DNA of 64,000 nucleotides, from NCBI GenBank assembly GCA_965644495.1, contig CBFFSA010000001.1, positions 496,001-560,000 of the forward strand, written 5' to 3'. The notes beneath the pieces were generated by a model. That model was not told where the DNA came from. It did no database searches and saw only the letters and a program-made list of their open reading frames with translations. Below are positions 1 through 10,782 of the stretch, piece after piece (position 1 is the stretch's first letter; each line of letters begins with the position of its first letter). The stretch is from Perkinsela sp. CCAP 1560/9. Lineage: Eukaryota > Protista > Euglenozoa: Kinetoplastea. A program made the position numbers and the translations under genes.

Positions 1-78
1 GAATCCACGATAGATCTAACATAGATCCTTACACTGCCGACTAATATTATTGAGTTTTTAATTATTGGCGAAGCTTTG

Positions 79-627
79 CAACTTTAAATTAAAAAATCAA
101 TAATTTTTGTGCCAATAATTTTCGTAGAAATTTGTACATATCGACAAACAATAGAAGTTGTTAGTACAGGGGCGGAAAACCCCAAAATTAGGTCAAAAGG
201 GTTTTTTTGCTCCCAAAAAGATTCAAGAATTTTTACGGGGAAGAAAGTTGCTTATCACCAAAAAATTATTATCCTTAGGAAGTACAAGTGTCCATAGGTA
301 TAACCCGGACGGTGGTTTGCATCTCTCTAATCTTGTCAAATGCGTTGCGAAGGGCAGGTTATTAAATGGTCATTAAATGATGGGCTGCGGGTGTGATCTC
401 GCATGATCTCGCGACCGGGTGTTGACATAAAGCCAATCTCGATCCTCCTGCATCAAATCCTCTCATAAAATTTGAATTTTTGTGTAAAATCTATGGCACT
501 CTTCTCTAAAACGTGGTTGCCAAGATCAGACCTCATGAGAAATTCAAAAATTGACCAAAAAAATAAAAAAATGTTTCTCGCCAAACATTGACAACTTTTA
601 ATTAAAAAAACAATAATTTTTGTGCCA
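79..627. repeat. 36-bp imperfect direct repeat pair (79-114 and 592-627) in an AT-rich, probably transposon-derived segment
   Basis: CAACTTTAAATTAAAAAATCAATAATTTTTGTGCCA vs CAACTTTTAATTAAAAAAACAATAATTTTTGTGCCA (2 mismatches); no credible ORF in 1-700. Confidence 0.6.
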
Positions 628-711
628 TGAATTTTAGCGATAATAATTTTTGGCTTGGGTGTATAAGAATATAACCTTATATAGATCTTATAAAAAATTG
701 TTACCAAAAGT

Positions 712-1485
712 TCACTCATATCGCTCGTAGACGGCAAAATGCTTAACAGCGCCTCGCCTTTGGGATCTTTTTGCGTCCTCGCTGGAGTGCACGAGTGTAG
801 TCAATAAGGGGTCAGCGGTACAGTGTTCCTCTCCGAGTCTTCGAAACAAATCTGGGAAATGACTCAATCTTTCTACCATCCATTCATGAAGCTCTTCCAC
901 GTCCGTTACAGTATAAAGTCTTCCATTGGGACGCAATACGTAGGCATACTCCGGAATAAGTGAATCTGATAGAATACGTCGTCGAACGTTGTGCTGCTTA
1001 AAATGTGGATCGGGGTAGCAAAAGAATATACACTCCAATTGCTGCTTTGGGATCCAGAAAGCGAGTGACCGCATTACATTCGCCTCAAGAAACCAAACAT
1101 TATGCAACAACGATTCGTTTTTGCGCTCCTCCAGCACTCGAGATTTCGCGAATTCTACAACTTTTTTACGAATTTCCATCCCGAGTATGTACTTCTGAGG
1201 ATAAGAGGGACCTAATGCGCAAAGCATGCCGCCATAAGCACTTCCGACATCAAGCCAATCTATGGGGCACTGTAAGCGAACTGTATTGTCTTCTCGTTTT
1301 GACATGATTTTATCTTTCGTAGACTCGTTCAGTTGAGGATACATTTCACACCAATCAACATCTTCGGGGCAAGTTGGATGATAAGCGAGCGTATCAGACA
1401 AGGGATTGCGGTGTGGACGGACTCGTATGGGAAATCTTGTCCAACGAGGGCCTGTGATATCGCTGTACTGAGTCGGTCTGCTCAT
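712..1485 (-). CDS. TRM8: tRNA (guanine-N7)-methyltransferase, Trm8/METTL1
   Basis: Motifs RVRPHRNPLSD, LDVGSAYGG, LGMEIR, FFCYPDPHFK, LYTVTDVEELHEWM; first ATG at 1485 (track begins at GTG 1515). Confidence 0.95.
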   Translation of the reverse strand: MSRPTQYSDITGPRWTRFPIRVRPHRNPLSDTLAYHPTCPEDVDWCEMYPQLNESTKDKIMSKREDNTVRLQCPIDWLDVGSAYGGMLCALGPSYPQKYILGMEIRKKVVEFAKSRVLEERKNESLLHNVWFLEANVMRSLAFWIPKQQLECIFFCYPDPHFKQHNVRRRILSDSLIPEYAYVLRPNGRLYTVTDVEELHEWMVERLSHFPDLFRRLGEEHCTADPLLTTLVHSSEDAKRSQRRGAVKHFAVYERYE

Positions 1486-1891
1486 TTCGTTATAGCACAA
1501 AAGGAGTACACCCACACTGCAACCTTGTAAAGTAGATTACGTAAACAAAACTTAGATACAAAGAATGTTAATGTAATAGCGAAGAATTTATTAAGCTTGA
1601 ATTTATAGCTTGAATTAATAGTCAAATGCAAAAATTTATTTCTGTTTGCATTGTTGAAACATCCACTTCTCAGGAACAGTGATGAATCATTAAAAAATGT
1701 ATGCGCTAAAATCGCTACTTTTCTTCAACACACAGGGAATACAACTACAATACATGAACCGATGTGCCTAAGAAAGAAACGTGATAATGGATCAAATTGA
1801 GGATCTTTTTGTATATAAATGCCTCATAAAATTTCCTTCTCTGATGTGCCCCCGATTTAAAGATTACTTTCGTAATGAAAGGACTCCTCTT

Positions 1892-2091
1892 NNNNNNNNN
1901 NNNNNNNNNNNNNNNNNNNNNNNNNNNNNNNNNNNNNNNNNNNNNNNNNNNNNNNNNNNNNNNNNNNNNNNNNNNNNNNNNNNNNNNNNNNNNNNNNNNN
2001 NNNNNNNNNNNNNNNNNNNNNNNNNNNNNNNNNNNNNNNNNNNNNNNNNNNNNNNNNNNNNNNNNNNNNNNNNNNNNNNNNNNNNNNNNNN
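1892..2091. other. assembly gap (200 N)
   Basis: Run of N. Confidence 1.
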
Positions 2092-2208
2092 AAAACTGAG
2101 ACATATTTTATCCAAAAGATTTTAATAAAATCTATCAGCGCAGCGTACGTGTTAGCAAAGTGTTAAGAATGTCGATTTTAATGCACAAAAAAAATGGACA
2201 AGATACGT

Positions 2209-3138
2209 TTAATTGCGAGAGAGGGTCCTCTTATTTTTAACGCTTTTCCATATTTGATTTAATTTGTGCTCTGTTGAATCGCCCAATTCAATTCTTTGAA
2301 AAAGAAATTCTTCGTCTATAAAGTGGCGCACATGTGGCTCGTCTTCCTCAGCAAGAATAGCATTACTTTGGTGAGCGCCCCTGAGACTCAACGCAACTTC
2401 CTGACATTTTCGAGTAAAATATTCCGATAATGTGCTTCCGTTTGTTTCGCTGGTTAAGCCATCACGAAGGACAGCGAGGGCGCTTCCCATATTTGAGAAT
2501 GACTCATGAGCCTCAGATAAAAGAATGTGTGATTTTGCATTTTTAGGAAAACTTTCGCATAAAATTTTGGCGGTTTGTAATGCACGGGAACGAAGTCCTG
2601 TCACAAGTTCCGAGTCACATTTGAGTACGAGAAAGTCAAAATGCTTTGAACATCCCTGATAATGATTTACACCCGAACCAGAATACTTTTTAAGCTCTTT
2701 TTCTACTATTTGAAGGGCTTTCCTATAACATTTTGCGTTATAGTGCTTTCGTGCAAGAGATAACGTATCCTCTGTTGCAGTAATCTCATCAAAGGTATCT
2801 TCTAAAAGTGTGTAAGGTGCCGTGACATCGTCAAAAGATTCCTCTAGAAGATCATCCGAACGGGTTTCACTGCAGCTAGATGATGATTCAGCTTCCAGCG
2901 GGTTTTGATCATGCATCTCTGTCACTAAAACATCACTTTCAGCTTCATGAGGGCGAACATCACAATTGTTCATCGCCCTCACCAAACCTTCTCGGTTTTC
3001 CTCACACCCTTGTCGGAAAGAAGCAAAATAGTGTAATACTGGAACCAAAATAAGGGGCATAATAATAGCTGTCAACATTGCAGCAGAAATAGCGCAGATC
3101 TCATACCAAGGTAGGTCACAAAAGAGGTCTGCAAGCAT
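2209..3138 (-). CDS. hypothetical N-terminally membrane-anchored TPR-like protein
   Basis: 309 aa; hydrophobic N-terminal helix, acidic linker, TPR-like helices (ALQTAKILCESFPKNAKSHILLSEAHESFSNMGSALAVL). Confidence 0.65.
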   Translation of the reverse strand: MLADLFCDLPWYEICAISAAMLTAIIMPLILVPVLHYFASFRQGCEENREGLVRAMNNCDVRPHEAESDVLVTEMHDQNPLEAESSSSCSETRSDDLLEESFDDVTAPYTLLEDTFDEITATEDTLSLARKHYNAKCYRKALQIVEKELKKYSGSGVNHYQGCSKHFDFLVLKCDSELVTGLRSRALQTAKILCESFPKNAKSHILLSEAHESFSNMGSALAVLRDGLTSETNGSTLSEYFTRKCQEVALSLRGAHQSNAILAEEDEPHVRHFIDEEFLFQRIELGDSTEHKLNQIWKSVKNKRTLSRN

Positions 3139-3423
3139 GAGGATGGATAAATAGGTTAGGTCAAATAAGAAAATGAGATGTTAGCTTGTTAAAGGCACTT
3201 TACTATTTAAAGTGTTATGCCATCTTCTTTAAAGTTAATGTGCCTCCATGAGGTAACCAGCTATGCGATTGACACGGAGCCAATAAAAGACATCGTTCCC
3301 CCAAAAAATATAAAACAAAAGAGAGATAAATGCGGAAAAGTGCTTCAAGAAAATTGCGACGCCTTTCTTTCAACAATTAAACTAAAAGTCACTCATATCA
3401 TTCCTTCTATTCGAGCACGAGAA

Positions 3424-4407
3424 CTAAAAATCCTCTGTTAGTCGAAATATGTTCATTGTCTTATCAAGAAAGGTTCTTAACCGTGATGGATCGGAATGTT
3501 GCATATTACCTACGCATGATCCATCTGAGGTGTTTATTACAACAATCGTAGGAATTTTAGATACGTCGTAGTGTGTCCTCACGTAAGGATAATGATCATA
3601 ATGACAATACACGAAATGGGCGTATTCGGTGTACTCCTTCTCTAGGATAGGAAGGTGGGGCTTCAATACCTTACATGGGGGACACCAGGGAGCGGAAATC
3701 ACTAGAACATAATAGGGATGTAATTTGAGGCCTGGCGTGATCGGATGAGGTGCTGTGGAACTGTTATCTTGATCCTTTACTGTCGCATTCGAAAGGGGAA
3801 CTTGGAAGGGTAATCGTAGTGGTGACGGAATAAATGAAGAAACTTTCACGTTCTTCCCAGTGTCTTCATTTTTTGTCGAACTGGTAGATGACCACTTGCC
3901 TTCAAAATACTTTGCACCGCCACACCATGCCTGAATGCACGGCAAAGGAGTGCGAATTTTGCAGCACTCAACAACATCTTCCAAGGCGTAACAGTTGATA
4001 AAGATAGACTCCACGCGATACTTCGCAGGAAGAACACAAGGTGACGACACCCCACCAAGACACGACTGTTCGATAATTCTAATTTTTGGAAACGCAGGCG
4101 CAATGCGACGTGTCCAAGGTGCGTTAAAACCGACTAAGTAAATCACGCTTTCAGATGAGTTGGCAGATGTGAAAGAATCAAAAAGTTTGGCTAAATTTTC
4201 CAGAGAAGTAATTCGTCGAACTCCAGAGTAAAAAACATGACATAATTCAAGTTCCCGAGTAGCTGTTTCAGTTCTTGCTTCTTCTGAATTTTCGGAGTAT
4301 CCTATCCATCTCGTCGTGTACATAATGTTATCTTGATCTTTTTTCTTGATAATTCGTTCGCACGGCTCTTCTGAGCGAAGTCTTTTTCCAGGCTCCGCCT
4401 CCATCAT
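3424..4407 (-). CDS. thioredoxin-domain protein
   Basis: C-terminal thioredoxin fold with ISAPWCPPCK and YDVSKIPTIVV; ATG at 4407. Confidence 0.85.
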   Translation of the reverse strand: MMEAEPGKRLRSEEPCERIIKKKDQDNIMYTTRWIGYSENSEEARTETATRELELCHVFYSGVRRITSLENLAKLFDSFTSANSSESVIYLVGFNAPWTRRIAPAFPKIRIIEQSCLGGVSSPCVLPAKYRVESIFINCYALEDVVECCKIRTPLPCIQAWCGGAKYFEGKWSSTSSTKNEDTGKNVKVSSFIPSPLRLPFQVPLSNATVKDQDNSSTAPHPITPGLKLHPYYVLVISAPWCPPCKVLKPHLPILEKEYTEYAHFVYCHYDHYPYVRTHYDVSKIPTIVVINTSDGSCVGNMQHSDPSRLRTFLDKTMNIFRLTEDF

Positions 4408-4618
4408 ACTCTGCAATGATTGCTGAAAATTCTATTCTAATATGATGCACTAAAGTAAGAACAAAGCTATTTTCGCAAAAAAAATAGTGCAAAAAGAAAG
4501 AATTACTTCACAAACGAAAATTCACACACAAGAAAGTACATTCCTATTACGAGGCTAACTGAAAAACCCACTTTAGCTGCAAATGTTTTTGCTTTCCTAT
4601 TTTTATTTTTTTAGAGGG

Positions 4619-6412
4619 CTAATTCCCGTCCGGTGCAAACATGGATTGAAGCAACCGCCTGGGATCTCTGGACGAAATAATCACATTCTGCCCGACTGAG
4701 GATGCGAGATGGGAACTAGAAGTTTCTACGACTGTATTCTCGGACTGCAGAGTGATACTATCTTTTTCTGTGTAGCTGGTTGAAGCATCGAGAATTGGTA
4801 CGTTATCAGTCTGAGGTATATCGGAACGGACACTCTTTTCGATGGGTTCAACTTTCTGCCGTTCAGTTAGTCGATCATGTAACATCTGTATAGAGTCGTA
4901 AATGTCTTTCGATTCACTATCAAGCGAATTCACAGTAAGAGAAATTTGTTCCCTATCCAAAGATGCCGGTTTGCTTTCCTGAGTGGAGAAGCTGGACAAC
5001 ATGTCCTGTGTCCACGTAATGAGCCCAGGAATGGTATTGCTCTGAATGTATGGGAAGCGATGCAGTATTTGCATCACACTCCGGAGAGTTTCCTTCTGAG
5101 CCGAATCCTCGGGAAGTTTGAATGCGGCGCGAGCATCTTCTACGTTGAAGGAACATGCCAGTTTAGCCCAAGGAATTAGAATTTGTTTGATTATTCCCAT
5201 TTCTTCCAGCCTTCGATAAACAATTTCATCTTGACAAAGTTCAAACGCTCGCAGGAGACGAATGCGCAATATATTGTCAGTTGTAGATCGACAAAGCAAG
5301 ATGAAAGGCTCCAACATTAAAAGCCTAGAGCCAGAAAGTTCAGTCCCGTGTTCTCCGAGTATAATACGCAACCGGTTGTACTGCTGCATTAGTGAAGGAC
5401 CATTTCTTGACTTATTCTCATCTCTTACCTCTGAACTTATAGCACTCGGGTTTGGTTTCTTTTTATCCTTTAAAGTAATTATTCTTTTTGCCACTTCTTT
5501 TCTATTTGCTTGTGAGTGATTTGACGTTTTCCTTTTCGGGGATCGAACGATTGGTCGCCGCGTTCTTTTATCAGGTACTATTTCCGAGTAAACTACAGTA
5601 CTCCCGATGGGAACCCTTCGACTCTCATTGCTTTGCATGTACAAATGAAGCTTCTTCATTCGCTTATCCCTAGATGCGAATTCAACATTGGCAGATTTTT
5701 GGTCTTTGCTATATCGAGTACCCCCTTGTAAGTAGTCCCGAACTTTCATCTGGTAGCAAGAAAGAGAGATGTAAGTTTCCTCGTAGCCCATATATTCCAT
5801 TAGAAATTTGCAAACATGATATAGCACATCGCGTATTTCTTCGTGATTGCCACGAACTTGGCGAGCAAGCGAAGCAACACAATCGCATAAAATAGAGAAA
5901 TCTTCACTAATTTCTCCCGAATTCTTCCATATAAAGCGAGGCTTTTGGGATTTTGACCTTGAAAGCTGCATGGCTACATCAGCACGTAGTGTCTCTTCAA
6001 ACATGTGTAAACCGGACAGAAATTGATCCACAACTACGCTTGCCCCCGACCTTATAAGCAAACGGTGGAAGAAATTTGCATTGATCGGACCTTTGAGGTA
6101 GTAATCGGTTCCTGATACTGTTTCTTGCTTCACATTCGTTTTCTTACTCAATTGAACTTGATCGGACGAAGCAGCGGGAGGTAATTCGAGGGCATCACTA
6201 GATGAAAGCACAGCAGAATCCGATATAGTACCTGAGGAATCGGTTGAGAATGAGCTAGAGTGCTCCACAGAGTCGCTGTTGTCAGATGAAGCGCAACTTC
6301 CCGATGACGTTAAACTTGACGCGCGAGATGCAGATGGTGAAACCGAGGTATGCATATCAGAAGATTTTCGTAGATCCAATTTCAGAGATGGTTTGGGCTC
6401 CGCGTTATTCAT
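4619..6412 (-). CDS. hypothetical nuclear protein, possible TFIIS N-terminal (TND)-like domain
   Basis: 597 aa; Ser-rich N-terminus, basic region, helical segment with PNUTS/Set2 TND-like pattern, C-terminal SRDPRR. Confidence 0.6.
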   Translation of the reverse strand: MNNAEPKPSLKLDLRKSSDMHTSVSPSASRASSLTSSGSCASSDNSDSVEHSSSFSTDSSGTISDSAVLSSSDALELPPAASSDQVQLSKKTNVKQETVSGTDYYLKGPINANFFHRLLIRSGASVVVDQFLSGLHMFEETLRADVAMQLSRSKSQKPRFIWKNSGEISEDFSILCDCVASLARQVRGNHEEIRDVLYHVCKFLMEYMGYEETYISLSCYQMKVRDYLQGGTRYSKDQKSANVEFASRDKRMKKLHLYMQSNESRRVPIGSTVVYSEIVPDKRTRRPIVRSPKRKTSNHSQANRKEVAKRIITLKDKKKPNPSAISSEVRDENKSRNGPSLMQQYNRLRIILGEHGTELSGSRLLMLEPFILLCRSTTDNILRIRLLRAFELCQDEIVYRRLEEMGIIKQILIPWAKLACSFNVEDARAAFKLPEDSAQKETLRSVMQILHRFPYIQSNTIPGLITWTQDMLSSFSTQESKPASLDREQISLTVNSLDSESKDIYDSIQMLHDRLTERQKVEPIEKSVRSDIPQTDNVPILDASTSYTEKDSITLQSENTVVETSSSHLASSVGQNVIISSRDPRRLLQSMFAPDGN

Positions 6413-6709
6413 TACAGAATAGTAACAACATGCATTCAGAGTTATTTGATAATTAGAGTTTTTTATATCGATGTATGCATTTCCGTGAATTGATAGGCCG
6501 CTACTACCTCACAGTCAAAATTACCCGAAATTGCATTCAATGATAGACCAAAAGCATTATATTTAGACGTACATTGCACCCTGTATTACGCATTTTGCGT
6601 GCCTCATAAAAATTGTACTGGTCAGTAAATAATTAATGGACTGCACAAAAATATACAGTATATTAAAAGGAATGGTACAATCGCAATTTTTGATCTGCTA
6701 ACAAATATA

Positions 6710-7624
6710 TTATGAACGTAAATCGTTGTGAGGCACTGCGAGCCCACCCCATTTATGTCTCGCGTTCTTTTGCCGCAAACTTTCCGACACTGTCAAGGTA
6801 GACTGAATAGAGCCTGCACCTGGTTCTTTCGCTTTGGGTTGTGAATGGGTTTCGATATCTGCTGGAACCCATCTGTTTCCCGTGAGTAAATGAGGATCTA
6901 TTCTGTGCTTCGGAGTAGAGGAATGCTGAGATGGAGTGTACATCTCCTTTGGGAGATGATTCATTTGTTTGAGACTAATGTTGGGTGACTCCTGTCTGTC
7001 CCGTCTAAAAAGCATAATAAAGTAATAGAGAAGTAATGATGCGACCAGAACTGTAGGAATAAGCATTGTAACGGCTAAAGCCGTACTCGGTTGATGCTTT
7101 CCTCTCGCTTTTGCAACAATGTGAAAGGTAAGATGACAAGGAAAAAGATCTGAAGAAGCGGAGTCGCTGAGCCAAAAGAGCTGAAACACTCGCGGTGTAT
7201 CATCCCTTTCACCAAATATAATGGGAGGTTCGTACCTGTCGCCCTGATCAGGTATAGTAACACACGTTCCCGCCTCATCATGTTGCTGAGTAGCATTGAA
7301 AAATTTAGCTTCGGTCTCAGTAAGGTTGCGCGTTTGTTCAACTTGTTGCGAGCAAAGTATTAGGCGGTGCCCCTCTGTACTTTGAGGCGCATTTACGGGA
7401 GAAACGAGTTGCAAACAATATAGGATAAACTGAGATCCATGCCATTTTGCAACAAGCGACCTTCTTGAAGTTGGCCGTGTGAGGCTGACAGAGCGTTTTA
7501 CGTAATGCTTCGACCGTGAGAAACAACGAGCATCAGAAGACGAAATATACTTTACCCTACTTTCACAACCGAGAAGCGTAAAGAATAATAACACTTTCAG
7601 AACAAATAGCGTATGAAGCTTCAT
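6710..7624 (-). CDS. hypothetical type I membrane protein
   Basis: Signal-peptide-like N-terminus and one TM helix (ALAVTMLIPTVLVASLLLYYFIMLF) followed by RR. Confidence 0.7.
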   Translation of the reverse strand: MKLHTLFVLKVLLFFTLLGCESRVKYISSSDARCFSRSKHYVKRSVSLTRPTSRRSLVAKWHGSQFILYCLQLVSPVNAPQSTEGHRLILCSQQVEQTRNLTETEAKFFNATQQHDEAGTCVTIPDQGDRYEPPIIFGERDDTPRVFQLFWLSDSASSDLFPCHLTFHIVAKARGKHQPSTALAVTMLIPTVLVASLLLYYFIMLFRRDRQESPNISLKQMNHLPKEMYTPSQHSSTPKHRIDPHLLTGNRWVPADIETHSQPKAKEPGAGSIQSTLTVSESLRQKNARHKWGGLAVPHNDLRS

Positions 7625-8039
7625 CGACCACTACTCTGCAAGCTGTGTAAAACTCGGCCGTGACCTTATGTCGAACAGGCGATTTTAATAGTAGAGAGAC
7701 GGAATTCCTAAATCAGGATGAATGCATAGAAAGACTATTAAGGAAATACTTTGTTCGAATAGGCTATTCTGAATATGATTTGAGATACATTCGCACTTTT
7801 GTCCTACCAAACAATCTCGGTCTGCCCATATCCGATGAAACAGCCTTAAATGTAGTACTATACCCCCCCTCCTGCATACGAGTTCCCCCAATTCTGGTAC
7901 GCTTATGGGTTCCTTTTTCTAAAATGAATCGTTTTGTACCCACTTTTCGCGAAGCGAAAAGTTTTCACCACTTAACAAATTTTCATGTAATTCCAAACAA
8001 CTGTATGTCGGCGTGCTCTACGGGATGGCTCACTAATTG

Positions 8040-9605
8040 CATAGTTTAGGTTCGACGTCGAATTCTACGCGTTCTACGGCAAAAGAACGATTCTACGTCG
8101 AATTCTACGGCCAATGCATGTTCAAGGTCGCTCCAATCGTTCTCTCCAATTGGCTGCATGAGATCATAAATTCGCTTAATTTCGTCTTGCGCTTCATCAT
8201 GAGCCACATGATTAACCGTCAACCGTCATATAACGAAGCTTCGCGACCAATTTTATTCCTATTATGGAACTCAATGTCTCGATAAGAATTTCTGCAGTTT
8301 CTTTCCCATTAAAGGCTTTGCGTTTTGGATGGTACATTGGAGGCAACAAGAAGTCACTGCTTCCAACGTACAGTATACCTACTAGTACGTGCTCGCTTAA
8401 CACTTTATCAATCCCGGCGTCCACAGCAATGCCAAAAAATGCTTCAAGGGTAATGGCACTGATAATGGTACCCCATATTTCGTCTGCTAGTTCTTTCTCC
8501 CACTTCGGTAATATTGTATGATCTTGCGATAAAGTGGAAAGAATCTCACCCTGCGTGGCGCCTAGTGTGCGCAACTCCTTGTAGGAACATAAAAGCGTGT
8601 GTGCTGCTTTGCAAGAAAGGTTCGTTTGCGACACAAGACAAGGGATACATCGCTGTACGAAGGTTAGTGTACTCTTCTCAGACCTTTCGACATGGGCGTC
8701 TGTTCCCAGGGATTCTTGTGAAACCCCTTCACGAGCAGAGCCAATGTTTTATGTGGTGGTAGTAGTGATTGTTGTGCGAGGAGTGCCCTAGCCATGGGCA
8801 GTCAATGCATTTCAAGTGGGTGCGTTGTCCCATTGCGTTCACGTGGTAGGGGCGAGGATGACGTAATTCGTATTCCCGACAGTCTTTGTTTCGATTCTCT
8901 TCGTCCTTGTTGCTTCCTGCTGGAGCCGCACATCCCAAACAACGCTCCCTTAGAAATTTTGCCCGAATACGGGGATACTTTATTGGATCAACGTCTGTTT
9001 TTTCTTTTTTACGCGCACTTTCAAGGGGCTGAGCAGGTGATAACCCAATTTCCGCCTCCAGGGAAGATATCATTGTGCGACGCTGCTGCACTGGTAAGTA
9101 AGTGGCCTTGGAGAAAATCTGAGACTGATCGACCCTTTCAGGTTGAGTCAATTTGTCAGGTGATACTGTGATGTTTCCGGGAGGAATAAGTGGAGCCCGT
9201 GGTTGAGATTTTTTTGGAATGTTCGGAGGGGTGGATCCAGGAGGCAGTGGTATCCTATTACGTTGAGAACGCATAGAAAAAAAATAGAATCAAGAAACAC
9301 TGTGGGCACTGTTTTTAATCTAGAAATATTGATGCACAATCAGTTTAATATATGATTAAAAATGTGGTATGAACATTTACTAAATGAACTAATTGCAAGA
9401 AAATGAACACCTACAAGTTGTAAATTACAACTTGTATTACAGTAATACAACAGATACGAACAATTGTATAAAACATTTCCGAAATGTCACTTTATGTTTT
9501 CCATACATAAATATATGTTTTGCAACACCAAAATATTGCTCATCTTTTCCTCTAATTTGAGTTCTAAGTCTCTACGTAGAATTTCGACGTCGAACCCAAA
9601 CTATG
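8040..9605 (-). mobile_element. internally deleted hAT-like DNA transposon, ~30-bp TIRs, 6-bp TSD (TAATTG)
   Basis: Left TIR CATAGTTTAGGTTCGACGTCGAATTCTACG (8040-8069); right TIR 9575-9605 (1 mismatch, 1 indel); TAATTG at 8034-8039 and 9606-9611; subterminal TTCTACG repeats; transposase remnant inside. Confidence 0.8.
8212..9274 (-). pseudogene. hAT-like transposase pseudogene (BED-like zinc finger plus first two catalytic Asp motifs)
   Basis: ORF 9274-8729 ends in CIDC...HH..H; after a frameshift near 8745 a second frame (open 8748-8212) gives FGIAVDAG...FNGKETAEILIETLSSIIGI...LRYMTVDG then stops. Confidence 0.65.
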
Positions 9606-10152
9606 TAATTGGCTAAAATTTTTAGCGCCAATAGCATTCCAAAGGAGAATTTGGCTTCGCGCCGCGGGCCCGATTTTCCGATTTTTTATGGCCGTATTTC
9701 TGTTCTGGTACATTTATGAGCTCTCTTAAAGGAGTGGTCGATGGCAACCAAATTACCGACAAAGGCTTGAAGTTCTGGTCTGTAGGTTTTTTTACTCTAC
9801 CCCTATTTATTAATGAGTGCTCAATCCCCCTATTTAGTATTGAATTTTGGGTGCCGTTCGTATAGGCTCCGCGGTGGGGCATCGTTTTTTGAAATACACT
9901 GTACTTTGTCGTTTTATTTTCTTCTTGTTCTTATCATTTCTTCTTGTTCATGATTTCTAGTGCTTATAGTATAAGCATGAAAAAGATCTTTAAAAAAAGC
10001 AATACTTTTTTTACTACACAATACTACCCGGAACAGGGCTTAATATTGTGTACCACTACTTCTTTTCAAGTGAACTGAGCAGTATTGCGGAGCATCTATT
10101 CCACCGTTTTCTTATAAACGCAAAATATTGAATTATTATGGGCAATTTCAAT

Positions 10153-10782
10153 CTACTGTATCACAACTATTTTCGTGTCCGTAAAAGCCGTATATTTCAA
10201 GCCCATTGGCAACGACTGAGAATGTACAGTTCCAGTAAGTTCAGCATTATTGCGTAATGCTAGACTTCGTATTATGGATGGCAGATGCTCGAACGTCACG
10301 TGACCGCTCAAATAATTTTTAGATAATATCAACGAACATAACGTTGAAGGAAGGTGGCAAAGATCAACAGTGCCCGTAAAGCGATTGTATGACGCGTTTA
10401 GTGAGCGCAGTTTTTCAGGAAGATCTCCAAGATCAATTTCTCCGCTTAGATCATTAGCGTATACTGAGAATCGAGTTAAGGATCGCGGTAATAAACTCCA
10501 CAAGAGCGTACCACGTAATGATTTACTCTCGGCTTCAAACTTTAGAATGTTACCTTCATCAGAACACTGAACTCCTTGCCACTCACGAGCAGGTGTGGAG
10601 GCGTTCCAAGATGGAAGCGGATTCACGATATTTTGTATCATTCGCTCAAGATCGTATTCCTGGGGTAGAAGCACACCTCTTACTCTTCCTGCCTTTGTAG
10701 CCTTTGTACCTTTACTAGGCGCGTCGGCAAAACCAAGAATGGTACAACCACTGTGACAGTATAACGATTGCAAATAGCACAT
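10153..10782 (-). CDS. leucine-rich repeat protein
   Basis: LRR N-cap (SWNASTPAREWQGVQC) and repeats of LxxNxLSGxIDLxxLPxxL type; first ATG at 10782. Confidence 0.85.
   Translation of the reverse strand: MCYLQSLYCHSGCTILGFADAPSKGTKATKAGRVRGVLLPQEYDLERMIQNIVNPLPSWNASTPAREWQGVQCSDEGNILKFEAESKSLRGTLLWSLLPRSLTRFSVYANDLSGEIDLGDLPEKLRSLNASYNRFTGTVDLCHLPSTLCSLILSKNYLSGHVTFEHLPSIIRSLALRNNAELTGTVHSQSLPMGLKYTAFTDTKIVVIQ

Noticed and set aside
1745-2125. ORFs spanning the N run
   Set aside because: Artefacts of the 200-N gap
7660-8049. 129-aa plus-strand ORF
   Set aside because: GTG start, against the cluster strand, no motif, runs into the transposon TIR
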